Below, in pieces: positions 1 through 20,900 of a DNA stretch of 64,000 bases. Made by a program: the position numbers and the translations under genes. Origin of the DNA: Hormiphora californensis (taxonomy: Eukaryota > Animalia > Ctenophora); assembly GCA_020137815.1 (NCBI GenBank), contig CM035355.1, forward strand, positions 5,642,001-5,706,000. The letters run 5' to 3'. Within the stretch, counting starts at the first letter, position 1, and each line of letters opens with the position of its first letter. Below the pieces are notes generated by a model that had not been told where the DNA came from, ran no database searches, and worked only from the letters and a program-made list of their open reading frames with translations.

Positions 1-283
1 GGGTATAATTAGGGTACGGTTATAAGGGTATGTTATTTTCAGGAAGATAAATCATCGGGGACAACCCAGATATACCCCCTACTATGAATTCCCAGTTACC
101 AAATTTAAACAAGTACAATGACCTGAAGAGAGAAAGAGAACTCACTGCACAGACAGCACAATACAATGTACAGTGTGTATTGAATACACTGCCGACTAGT
201 ACAAGTTTATGCAAAGCAAAGCTTTCACTCTGTGTTTTGTTGAACGAGTGTTGATGTACCATGCAGGAAAATGTAGTGAAAAT

Positions 284-423
284 GTGAAGGCACTGCTCTC
301 ACTTAGTAACAATCTTACTTTCCGTAGTGAGACATAGTGAAGGCACTGCTCTCACTTAGTAACAATCTCCCGTAGTACGACTGCGACAATGTGAAGGCAC
401 TGCTCTCACTTAGTAACAATCTC
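284..423. repeat. Three copies of GTGAAGGCACTGCTCTCACTTAGTAACAATCT
   Basis: Direct repeats about 53 bp apart. Confidence 0.9.
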
Positions 424-870
424 ACAATAGTGCCAATAGAATAAGGATAAGGAAACTCATTCAACGTTTTCTGTACTGAGAGAGAGAGCGACAGATATAT
501 AGGGCAAAGAGAGCATTGTCTGTCATAACTACTATACCCTGTTGGCGGAGCCCAGATGAGCTCGTTGTGATTTTATAAATTTTCCGTTTTAACTTTTTCA
601 CAATAAATGTATTTTGAGTGGTGAACTGAGACAAAGAGGACTTTGGAGTTCGGTACAAATGATTTACAAACAACAACATCATCCATTAAATGGAAACATG
701 ATACAAAGAGAGATACTGATCTTCTTAATCTCGCATGAAAGAGGAATACTGGAGAGCTAGAGATTGATAGAAAATATCCAAAAAAGAGCCGGGAAGATCA
801 CAAAGATGAGTTGGGAAGAGCAAGAAGAGAAAATTTGGTCTGGATTAACGACTGAGATAAGTGCGATATA

Positions 871-1839
871 CCGCGTGGGCCAATAAAAAGGGAGGGTCAT
901 AAATCTTCGATTTCTCCGGCACCTTAATTCCAATGGTTCTGAAATTTTGACACAATGTTGGTGGGCTTATGCCAGATATGTGTACAGGGTTTCAAGTTCA
1001 AAAATGCAGAAATTCATTAATGAACTTAAATTCCCGATTTTTTAGTTAATTGAAGGTTTTCCCTTGTTCCAAGTTGATTTTGATCACAAAATTGCAGCCA
1101 CTCAATAGTGTTAACATTGATCAATGGCAATCTGAAATTTCATCGAAAATGAATAAAGTTTAGTGGGTGAAATTAATGAATTAAAAATGATAATTTTTTC
1201 AAAAAATTTATTTTCGCTGAAAATGAGAGATTTGCACTGTAGAGATGAAATTAAAACCTAACTGGGTTATGATTTAATCATTTAAGTTCATTCTGGTATG
1301 AAAAACTGTTAAATTCAAAAAAAAATATTTTTTTTAATTTTCATTTTTTTATTTTTTTTTCGTTAATAACTGCATAAATTAACATTTAACCGATAGTTCA
1401 TTGACAAACCGTTAGTTGAGACATTAGTGAATCGAAAACTTGCTAATGGAAGCTTTCTAATGCTTATACTGATTGGTAACAACAAGCGTCATGTGACCTC
1501 CATGCAAGCAACAAGAAACGTAACCAGGGTGTGACAAAATCTTGTTAGCAAGATTGCAATTGGTCTCCAATGCCCTCTGTTGTACCCAGTATCAGATATC
1601 TGGCGTGGAGTACAAAAGAGGTTCGTGGAAAACAAAAAATATGGACTAGAGAAAACCTACATTGGCTTAAAAACATGAATTTAGGTTCATTAATGAATTT
1701 CTGCATTTTTGAACTTGAAACTCTGTACACATATCTGGCATAAGCTCAATAACATTGTGTCAAAATTTCAGAACCATTGGAATTAAGGTACCGGAGAAAT
1801 CTAAGATTTAAGACCCTCCCTTTTTATTGGCCCACGCGG
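871..1839. mobile_element. Non-autonomous Tc1/mariner-type DNA transposon
   Basis: TA on both flanks; about 160-bp imperfect TIRs starting CCGCGTGGGCCAATAAAAAGGGAGGGTC; no transposase ORF. Confidence 0.88.
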
Positions 1840-2665
1840 TACTAAAGAAGTGCTTACACATGTCACAAATGTATGAAACGTGAGCTCTTGGCGCTTCTTT
1901 CACCCCAATTGTGTTTCCTTGGATTGACCCCGGGGCGCTGTGGTAGACCAGCTGATAAAATAACAAAATCGCCGTGTAGCTGTGAAGGTCGAACAAAGTA
2001 CTAAACAAGAGAGCAGTGAAGCATATAAAGCAATGTGTGTGGGTAACAAATGGAAAGAAGGAAGAAAGTGAACACAACGAATGGAAAGTACTCAGTATAA
2101 AAGGCGGCATACCACAACAGAAGCAGCAGCAGCTGTGAGACCACCTGCAGTCACGTGACTCTCTCTCCATTGTGAGCAGAGCTATTTACTGGTTTTGAAT
2201 TTAACTATTTGATTATATTCATGCCCGATCATTGTCTATCCACTCATTCTCCCTTGATTACTGACCACAATAATAAGCTAGCTCGCTTATTTTTCTACAG
2301 CACTCTCTCTCTCTTCTTCAAAGCTCTCTCTCTAACTTCTTTTCCTCTCTTTCTCTCTAACTTCTTTTTCTCTCTAATCCACCATAGTCTCTTTATTTCT
2401 CTCCTATTTTCTAGAATCACCTCTATACTCCTCTATTCCTCTATTTTCTCAATCTCCTCTCTATTCCTCTTTTATTTTTCTCAATCACCTCATCTCACTA
2501 AACGAGGGGGGGGGGTTCTAAACAAGCACGTGGGTATATCTGCAGTTGGCCCAACAACAATGTCTAGTAGAATGTCTAGCAGCTGCTGCAGTAGTTAAAC
2601 AAAACAAAGGAGAGAAGGAGTAAAACATGCAAAAAAGAGTACTTTCATACAATTACTCTTCGCGT

Positions 2666-2666
<1 letters not shown>

Positions 2667-2735
<69 letters not shown>

Positions 2736-2760
2736 TCTCTCTCTCTCTCACTCTCTCACT
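2667..2760. repeat. (CT)n microsatellite; other (GA)n tracts at 6184-6272, 9883-10078, 10981-11120; (CA)n at 27998-28049
   Basis: Direct reading. Confidence 0.98.
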
Positions 2761-3522
2761 CTATAAATCTCTCTTTGTACTGTTGACAAGTAGTTCCTTA
2801 GTCAGTGGAAATGAGAATTGAGAACAATTAGTGTAAACGAAGCTGGAACACCTCAATTGGCTGACAACTTGGCAGTAGGAACTAACTGACGAATTCCTAA
2901 CTAAAAGGAGCTTGTTTGGGCACCCTGTCCTAATCACTATTTAACAGATATAATACTGTTCAGGTTATACAGATGTTGTAGAGTTTGTGAGAGACTCAGA
3001 CCGTTTGATCTCTCAATGTTGTACCAACAAGACTTGTTGTAACTTAGTTACAAACCCAATGTGTGGTGTCAATGAAGTGTTTATTATGCCAGACCACATG
3101 TAATATGGATTCTAGGGTATCCCCTATCCCCATCCCCCAGTGAAGCACTCCCCCTGGCCCTTTCAATCACATCCCCCAGCTAATCCCCTTTTCTCACCAC
3201 TGGTATCATTAAATATTCCGGCTACAAATGGATCTCCAGAGTTGGACAAGGTATCCCCTATCCCCATCCCCCAGTGTAGCACTCCCCTATTTCAATCACA
3301 TCCCCCAGCGGAGCCCTCTTTACCCCCATCTCACCCCGCGTCCCCCCTTTATCAACTCACCACTGGTATCCTTGAATAGTCCAGCTACAAATGGATCCCC
3401 CGAGTTGGACAAGGTATCCCCTATCCCCATCCCCCAGTGGAGCACTCCTCCTTTCAATCACATCCCCCAGCGGAGCCCTTTTTACCCCCATCTCACCCCG
3501 CGTCCCCCCTTTATCAACTCAC

Positions 3523-12550
<9,028 letters not shown>

Positions 12551-14077
12551 ACCCTATAATCAAGGTAGTTATCATGGCAAACGCATGGCTCGTCGTTTTT
12601 TCGACCGTAGGATTTCAAATTGGAATTTGAATAATGGATATTCAAAAGGTTCAAAAAGATAGCAATTAGCAACTTAAAGTTATAACTCCAAACAGAAAAT
12701 ATAAACTGACTATGGAATAGTAAAAAGAAGTCAACGACGAAATTGGTCTGGCAGGGGAGTTAGTTTAAAATCCTAATTTTGTGATTTGTGAGAATTCTGG
12801 CTTGATTTTTCTAGTGGTATTGATGAAATAACAATCCCCTTTAAAATTGTACAGATGATAGTATCTAGATTCACATAATGATCACAAAATCTACGAGGAC
12901 GGCCGTGGGCTGTTAAAGGACGGCTTTGTCTCGGTTTTTGAGCAAAAAAAAACTTTTGAAACGTCAAAATCTGAAAATCGGTGCCTCGCTTTCTAGTGGA
13001 AGCTCTTACGGTAATTCCCACGCACCGTGGGAACATTTCCCACGCCGCGCCCTTTTTTCCCACGCTTTGCTTTCGACGCGCAAAAAATTATCGCGCGTGA
13101 CGTCTACTAAAATGTTGAGGATGCAGTTGTTAACAACATTGGGCCAATTTGGGTAGTGCCGCGAGCATCGGAGCACTGCAGCAGCAGCACGTCACTGAGA
13201 ATTTCGTTACAATCACACTGCACACACATGCCACATTGCATCAATGGATTGCATCATTGACGTTGGAACATCAATGAGGAACAGTTCGGTGGAAGGGAAA
13301 CCAGTCCAAGAGTGCTGTCATGGCTGTAACCAGCCCCAGCGTCGTCTAATTACAACGATAAAGTATGAAAGTTTCACCCTCCGCCGAAACATTCCTAATT
13401 GATATATTGGGTACAAAATAAATATTCTTTGATTAGATGGATTTATAACAAATTGAACGCAAAGTTCTAAGAAGACAGATCACAAACAATTGTTAACTTT
13501 CTGGACACTACTTATCGATCACAATACATGTATGTAATATTCTCAAAGAGTTTTGTTCAAACCCTAGAACATGGTAAAAAGAGTTCGTGATATCCTAATC
13601 TAACGATAATTATAGTCCTATAAATCTCAATTTACAGCAGCATCTTGTAGGGAATGCGGACAGTGACAGCTCCGTGTCTAACTTTAGTAGACGTGTCCGA
13701 TGTCCGTACCGTAGTTAGTCGAATTCCGTTATATTATTATGGGAAACGGGTCTAACGGCTGATTCAAGGCATCGATTTTAGATACACATATCTTGTAGAT
13801 GGGATGATATTAATCGTCTAGAGAGGGTGTTGTAACCAGTACTCGGCATAATCCTGGGAGGGGGAGGGAAGGTTAGTTAAAAGAGCGTCCAGTACCATGC
13901 TCCTTTTATAATTTGGTTTATCGACTATTCAAAAAGACAACCGTCTAGCTGAGAAAGAGACACAAATCATCTCTTCTGAGAAGGGATGATTTCAGTCTTC
14001 TCCGCTTCCTTCCTTATCTTAATGTGTCACATGGGGTGGGCCTCTATCAGAAATGACAAGAATCGATAATTTTGTAC

Positions 14078-15608
14078 CTCTCATCTGGCCGGGATCCGAA
14101 GTGGCGGGGCAACTAAAATGTGGTTTGAATGGGAGCCTCTCTCATTATCTCTAGTGCTCGGTCGTGGGTACAGTTAGTCAGGACCTGCAAGGAGAGCTGT
14201 TATTACATATCTAGGTATGTATGATTGTGTAAAAATTCCCTCTTATTCCCTCTCCTGAATTCCCCTCGACAATGTTCTTATGTTACATTTGTTCGCGGCG
14301 TGGTGAAGCAGGGTGGAACAAGACAATCAGGTTCAGTACTCACCAGCTACACTGAGCAGTGTATCCTTAGGTATAATCTCAGTCGCCACTGCAGGACTAC
14401 TCAACACCCTGATACAGCCCTGGAGTGTGTCGCTACCTCCCTGAATCAGAATGCAGAATGGTGATGCCAAGAGCCTGCCGAACTATTGTCACCGTCACTA
14501 TTTGTTCGTAGTGTAGAGTTTTACTGATCGTCAAACCTAGAGGATGAACAGGGTTTAGAGAGATCTGCACTCGGTATCAGGGGAGTGTGAGCAGGTTGTT
14601 ATGTTCTGAGTTCTGACCCTCCTAAAAATTTGTAAACACACACAACAAGAATCCCATTCAAAAGAAAGACTATGAAATGCTCTCCATCTCTCCATCTCTC
14701 CATCTCTCCATCTCTCCATCTCTCCATCTCTCCATCTCTCCATCTCTCCATCTCTCCATCTCTCCATCTCTCCATCTCTCCATCTCTCCATCTCTCCATC
14801 TCTCCATCTCTCCATCTCTCCATCTCTCCATCTCTCCATCTCTCCATCTCTCCATCTCTCCATCTCTCCATCTCTCCATCTCTCCATCTCTCCATCTCTC
14901 CATCTCTCCATCTCTCCATCTCTCCATCTCTCCATCTCTCCATCTCTCCATCTCTCCATCTCTCCATCTCTCCATCTCTCCATCTCTCCATCTCTCCATC
15001 TCTCCATCTCTCCATCTCTCCATCTCTCCATCTCTCCATCTCTCCATCTCTCCATCTCTCCATCTCTAACAATTCTCCCTCCCTACTCACGGCGGAGTAA
15101 CTTTTCAGCTACTATAGTGTAACTTAGCCTACAGTGCAACAAGGTCGAACAAGGCAAGGCAGGGGGTGTGATTTGATCGAAAATGGAACTGGTAAGAGAT
15201 TATAGCAAGTAGCAACGTGTGATCTGAAACTTACTCATGAGTGGTAAGTGCACTGCTATCTCCATCCCCGATATTAAAGAGCATCTCCAGCTCTGCATCG
15301 GATGGGGGCACTGGACAAGATTGGCATTCATTACAGTTAGTCGGACCCTATTCTTGCATTGTCGTAGTAGGCTGCCTGTTCGAATGATATGCCACTAACG
15401 GGGACATCGTTTATTGCAGGGACAACGTCACCCGACCGGAGACGGCCATCTTGGTATATTAGACCTGGGGGAAGAGGTGAGGTCAGTCAAGACTAGATCT
15501 GGTGAAGAGAGGATCAGGACCTGGTGATGGATATGTAATCAATAAACCTGGGTTTATATGTAGCGGGTCACCCGCTAGGGTGATTCGCTGCACCATATAC
15601 TGCCCGAC
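14078..15608 (-). pseudogene. Decayed fragment of a multi-PDZ-domain gene (five exons with introns) inside the Academ-like element
   Basis: AG/GT-bounded exons: 15572-15608 (VGQYMVQRITLAG); 15235-15464 (LIYQDGRLRSGDVVPAINDVPVSGISFEQAA, frameshift, LLRQCKNRVRLTV); about 14525-14621 (..P*YRVQISLNPVHPLGLTI); 14344-14440 (GGSDTLQGCIRV..SPA..IIPKDTLLSVAG); 14078-14184 (VLTNCTHDRALEIMREAPIQTTF*L). Motifs match the PDZ consensus in the correct order. Confidence 0.8.
14682..15068. repeat. (CTCCATCT)n octanucleotide array in an intron of the captured PDZ fragment
   Basis: About 48 perfect 8-bp units. Confidence 0.98.
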
Positions 15609-16157
15609 CTGCGAAGCAGGGAGGGTGGTAAATGGTATAAAACCCTACCAAAGGGAGGGGTTTATACTTTATACACCCAGGCCAAAAAGACGGAAGAAGA
15701 AAAAATGGAAAAACCAAAAAGAATGGTGCTCCAACCACAATTTACAATTACTACAGAGTACAGAAGGGCAATTCTTTATCTTGTGTTACCTGTTTGGAGG
15801 TGAGCATCAGCAGCTGCAGCCTGCAGCCCCATCTGAATGTCTTTCTTTTTATATTATGTGGGGAAACGACGAATCAAAGGAGCTTTGTCTAAAGAGTAAA
15901 AACTAAAAACTGAATCGAAGAAACGAAAAATTTGAGAAATCCACGCGCAGCCCAGCTGTTTTGTCAGCACTGTATATGCTTTCGGCGTGGGAAAAATGCG
16001 CGCAGCGTGAGAATTTCCCACGCTCGTGGGAATTACCGTAAGAGCTTCCACTATTCATAAACGCGCGGTTATACAGCCTTTAGCGACGCGCTTTTTGTAA
16101 TGCAGTTGATTCTAAAATATTCAGCCCCTTCCAGCCTATATTGCGCGCGTCTGTAGT

Positions 16158-16361
16158 ATGCTTTTAGCGCACCTCTCGTGTCGTCACACAAATTTGTCTC
16201 CGCGCGTTCCTGCTGAGTTTTGGCGGCAACCTCAGCAGCCACACTTGTTTAGCAATGCAATGGTGGACCAATCCAACGAGACCATCATTGGTGGCCCTGT
16301 TAGAGTTACCCGATACCGGCCTCGACGAGGCCTCGTAGCTGCAGTCTGGGATTGTGGTTGA
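16158..16361 (+). CDS. Candidate small single-exon ORF (67 aa), unknown function
   Basis: ATG directly after an acceptor-like ctgtag|t, GC-richer than flanks, AATAAA at 16397-16402; no recognisable homology. Confidence 0.3.
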   Translation: MLLAHLSCRHTNLSPRVPAEFWRQPQQPHLFSNAMVDQSNETIIGGPVRVTRYRPRRGLVAAVWDCG

Positions 16362-16676
16362 TCATCTGCATTTATACATCCCGAGTGGTTGATTACAATA
16401 AAAACGCTAACTTTATGAAGCACTAATAACTAAAGCAATACAGTATCAAATAAGATGTATAATGTCTAAAAGTAACTTTAATTTGGAAGGGAGTGCCGGT
16501 GCTCGACAGAATCAGGATTCTGGAGCTGGTCACAAAATAATACGAGATTTTATTTTATTTATATTAAATCTCGTATTATTTTGTTATGTCTAAAAGTAGG
16601 TAACTTATGTCCTATATCCCATATTTTATGAGGGAAAGCGCTGTTTTTTATTCAAAAATGATTCATTTTTGTCATT

Positions 16677-17922
16677 ATGTGGATGGTCTCTCACTGGCTA
16701 AAGTGTAATGAAGACAAGACAGAGTTTGTCCTCCTTGGGAAATCTAGCTCTTTGGAAAAGCTCAATTTTGATCCGGTAATAAACTTTGGGGGTACGTCAT
16801 TAGTACCAATGAAATGCCAAGGACAGACTGGAAAAACACTAGGAGTACTACTTGATGATCACCTTACGTTGGAGCGTCAGGTAAATAATGTGAAACGACA
16901 ATGTGGACTGATGCTGAAGAACCTCTGGCAAGTTAACAAGTGCCTAGACAAGAGTACTAAGATCCTTCTTGTAAAGCAGTTGGTGATATCAAAGATTGAC
17001 TATTGTAATATCTTGTACTATGGACTGCCACAACGAATCCTTCAAAATCTACAGAAGACTCTGAACTCCTGTATACGGTTTGTCTTTAATCTGAATGGTC
17101 ATCAAGATGATTACATGGAGTATTTCAGAGAGGCTCACATCCTTCCGATACAGCAGAGATTAACTTTTAAGGCATGCCTGCTGGCTTACAAGATTGTTCG
17201 CGGAACTGCCCCTAGGTACTTGTTGGATCTGGTACCTAGGGATGAGGAATATGGATCACTGAGGATGACGAGGGCTACAACTGTTCCAGACTTTTTCCGG
17301 CTAAAATATCCCAAACTGTCAAGTATCAATGCAAACTCGAAGTTGCGTCGAAGAAGACTTTCGGTGTTTCTTCCTGACGTATGGAATGATCTCCCCCTTG
17401 AGCTCAGATCAGTTCATCCTGTTGATCTGTTTAAGACAAGACTAAAGACAAGGTTATTTCAGGAGGCATTCGGATCTGCTTCAGAGTTGTAATCGGAGGT
17501 GTCCTTTCCTTCCCCTTTCCCGTGTCGAGCAGACAATTCTAGCATAGCAATTCCTTACTATTTCCCTTCCTAGGGCTATTATAGCAGGGGGGCTGCTGAT
17601 GCAGTTGAGCTGACTTTTGTTTGTAGCATGAGGGCTGCTGGCTCTGTTTCTTTATCCCGATTTATAGTCTGTTATTTAATTGCAGCTAACAAGTTGTTTT
17701 CCAGAAGTTTATGTGTCCCGTTTTTCCTTAGGCTTTTTTCAATTTTTTGGAGTATATAATCAGTAGATGTGTCTATTTTGTTCTAAGTGAGTCAGGATAT
17801 TAACAATCTTGGTGTACCGCTCTGAATCTGGGCAGTGTTGGACTCATGTCAATGATCCAGCCCTGTCTGGACTGAGCGGTATACTAAAAACCCTTTATTA
17901 TTATTATTATTATTATTATTAT
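16677..17922 (+). mobile_element. 5'-truncated L2/CR1-group LINE (C-terminal ORF2, 3'UTR, (TTA)n tail)
   Basis: ORF 16677-17492 with WMxxxxLKxNxxKTE, LGVLLDxxL, SKIDYCN, HxLPIxQRxxFK, APxYL motifs of L2/CR1 ORF2; tail at about 17895-17922. Confidence 0.92.
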
Positions 17923-17989
17923 CATAATGAATGATTATGACTTGTAAAGTCCAGTTTCATGTTTCGATGGTCCACCGAGTAGGGGTTTT

Positions 17990-20900
17990 TTAGTTGGAAA
18001 TAGTCGTCAATTCCCGTTCCATGTCAAATAGATCACTCTGCTGACTCTCCACTATATCTTGGTCTGAAAAAGAGTCGTGAAATTTGAATTTATGTTGGTA
18101 CATAAAGGGTTATGATGTATTGATGTTAAAGTAATGAAACATTAATGTTTTTCATTCATGTTAGGGTGATGAAAAAAGCGAAAATGCTACATTTTAAAAC
18201 ACTCACTGGTAGTGGACTGTAAGACGGGATTGCTGATGAAGCCTTGAAGTCTCAATTGGCGTTTATAATTCTGAACAGAACTGCAGGAGATAAATTGTGG
18301 TCAATTTTAAATCATATACAGTCGGACCCCGATTTAGTGGCCCCCGATTTAGTGGCACCCCGATTTAGTGGCAGGATTTTTCCCCCCGATATAGGAAATT
18401 AACATTATTTGACCCCAATTTAGTGGCACCCCGATTTAGTGGCAGGATTTTTTCCCCCGAGGATGCCACTAAATCGGGGTCCGACTGTACTCAAATCGGT
18501 ATTCGGTATAATACTCAATATCGCGTATCAGCCCCCTCTCAGGGTAATTATCGGGGACTTATAACGACGGTCATGTGGAGACATGTATATTGTGGAGATG
18601 TTGGAAGCTCCTAGATACTTACTCAGGACGTTCTTGTTCAATCCTTGGTTCTGGGCTGATAGATCGGGCAGCCCTGTTCTTTTTGTAGCAGATGTAGGCT
18701 GTACCAAGAGCAATGAGAGCTACCATGACAACTACCAGTCCACTAATCAGCTGCACCATCAGAGTACCACTCACAACTATGAGGAGGTGGAGGGTGTGAA
18801 GAGGGTGTGGAGACAAGAGAGGGTGTGGATAGTGGAGAGGGGAGGGTGGAGAGAGGGTGTAGAATCTCTACACCCTTCCCCCTTCCACTATCTACACTGT
18901 AGATAGAAAGCCTAGCTAGAGGGTGAATCAGGAAATAAAGGAGTTGGAGTTAGAAGAAGGTTAAAAAGAAAGGCGGGGGATGGAGATTGGACATGGACAG
19001 CAGTTAACTGCGTCATTTAAAGGATCAAGATAAGAAGGAAATGAACCTGTACCTGGGCATGAGAACACGTGTTTGTTCCATGAGCCATATTGGCAGTGAA
19101 TAACAACTGTTTTCCTCCCCACACCCAATAGACAGTGATCCCATGTGTTCAACAGCTCCTTCCTTGGTTATCGGGGAAGACAGCGTTCTCTATCTCCGGT
19201 ACCCTGCAGTCTTCTGATACAGGAATATCGGGGTTAGTGAGAGGGATAAAGGTATAGCGGGGTTAGTGAGGGGAACAATACATGGGTCATGGGGTTATAT
19301 TTGAGGAATAGATGGGTTATTGAGGGCTCTTTATTGTTATCTTTTTCTTCTATGTACATTTTTCTTCTATGTCCCATACAACTAAAAATACAACTACAAA
19401 TTCTGCCCAAGGTGAGCTTTACTCACGTGATTGTACGAGGTTGTGGGAGGCTGCAGACGTGGCTCCATCCTCAAACTGAGCAGAACAAACGTAGAGCCCG
19501 TAATCTTCTGTCATCATATTGACAACGGGTAGCACCGAGTACATCTGGGTGGGAGCAAAACGATGTGACACAAAATATCAAGGGAGATGGTTTCACTTTG
19601 AGGGTTGCTATGGAAACAGTGCCTGTAGGAATGCGAGGATTGCACCTCACAATCCTCGCAGAGGAGGTTTTTAGTTTCTGCACTGGGAACGAGGAAATAG
19701 AGTCTTGCACCCTCGAGGGTTCCTATGGAGACTTACCCTATCACCACTGTTATACACCACCCCATCAACCATCTGTTCCCCATCCTTGGACCATGACACA
19801 GTTATACTTTCATCAGAACGGATCACACAGGTCATGTTATAGCTTCCACCCACATGGGCAGTGGATGGTCCACTCACCAACTCAACACCTTGTTTGGTAT
19901 TAGTTTGTTAAGTTGATTATTAACTTAACTCAATAATTAATTGTGAAACTCCTGTTTTTATATAGCTAAACTTTCTCTTCAACTCACCATAAGGTATGAT
20001 TGTTTTGGTTGCCGTGGTAACAACTCCAAGATCATACTGATGAACGGTAGCGGTAACCTCCATATCCCTAGTTACGGGCCACATCAGGGCGCTTGTCAGA
20101 GAGTTCTGGGTTGCCATGGTTACACTGCTACTCCCAGTTACCACTCCGTTAACGGACCAGTGGACAGAAGGAGGTGAGGTGAGGAAGGAGGCAGCGACTG
20201 AGAGGGTGAGGGTATCACCGTATACGACACGGGAAGAGGATGAAAGGGTTATCTCCGGAGTGTCTGCAGGGGAGAGGGATTGTAAAAGTTAATACAAGTT
20301 TAAAAAAGGTGAATACAATTCAGTTGACAACTTGTTTTGTTTAAACCGGGGCGCGGTAACACAGGGTCGAGCAATTCAACTGCCTGCAATGTAAACTAGT
20401 TCAGTAAATCAGTACGTACGTGCTCTTACACACCTGTTGTGATCATGAGCGCAGAAGCTCGTGCAATTTCCACTCCACTGCCACTCAGAATACTGCAACT
20501 AACAGTCAGTGCTGTTTCTGTCACAGTTCCAATAGTTAGTGTAAACTCAGTCACCCCATTCTCGGTATCACCGCTCACCAACACCCCTCTATCACACTCC
20601 ATGGTGTTGGTATCGTGGAGTCGTGCTGAGAATGTGATCTCTCCATCCCCTCCATTAGCCACCGCCACGTCACTAGGACTCTCGACAAACCGAACTAGGA
20701 CCACCTCAGCCACATCTGATTGAAGAACTAACAAGTCTGTGAGTGATCCAGCCATACACCTATAGCTACTCTCCTCAGTCACGGTATTCAGGGTGAGAGT
20801 GCTAGTTGTTTCTCCCATTATAGTGGTGAAGGTGTTGTCTGTGTGGATTTTGGCACCGTTCCGAGTCCAGTAGATGTAGTCAGGGGTGGTGGATGTTACA

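Larger units (their letters stand above)
12994..16053. mobile_element. 3.06-kb non-autonomous Academ-like TIR element carrying captured host exons (Pack-type)
   Basis: TIR TAGTGGAAGCTCTTACGGTAATTCCCACG identical at both ends (similarity extends about 70 bp); 3-bp TSD TTC at 12991-12993 and 16054-16056; TAG..CTA ends plus a 3-bp TSD fit Academ. Confidence 0.85.

Noticed and set aside
14555-15100. Long ORFs MERWRDGE../SPSLHLSI.. and the (ER)n, (LS)n, (HT)n ORFs elsewhere
   Set aside because: Translations of microsatellites.
14078-15608. Live resident PDZ gene
   Set aside because: In-frame stops, frameshift and phase mismatches, no start or terminal exon found, and fully enclosed by TIRs with a TSD.
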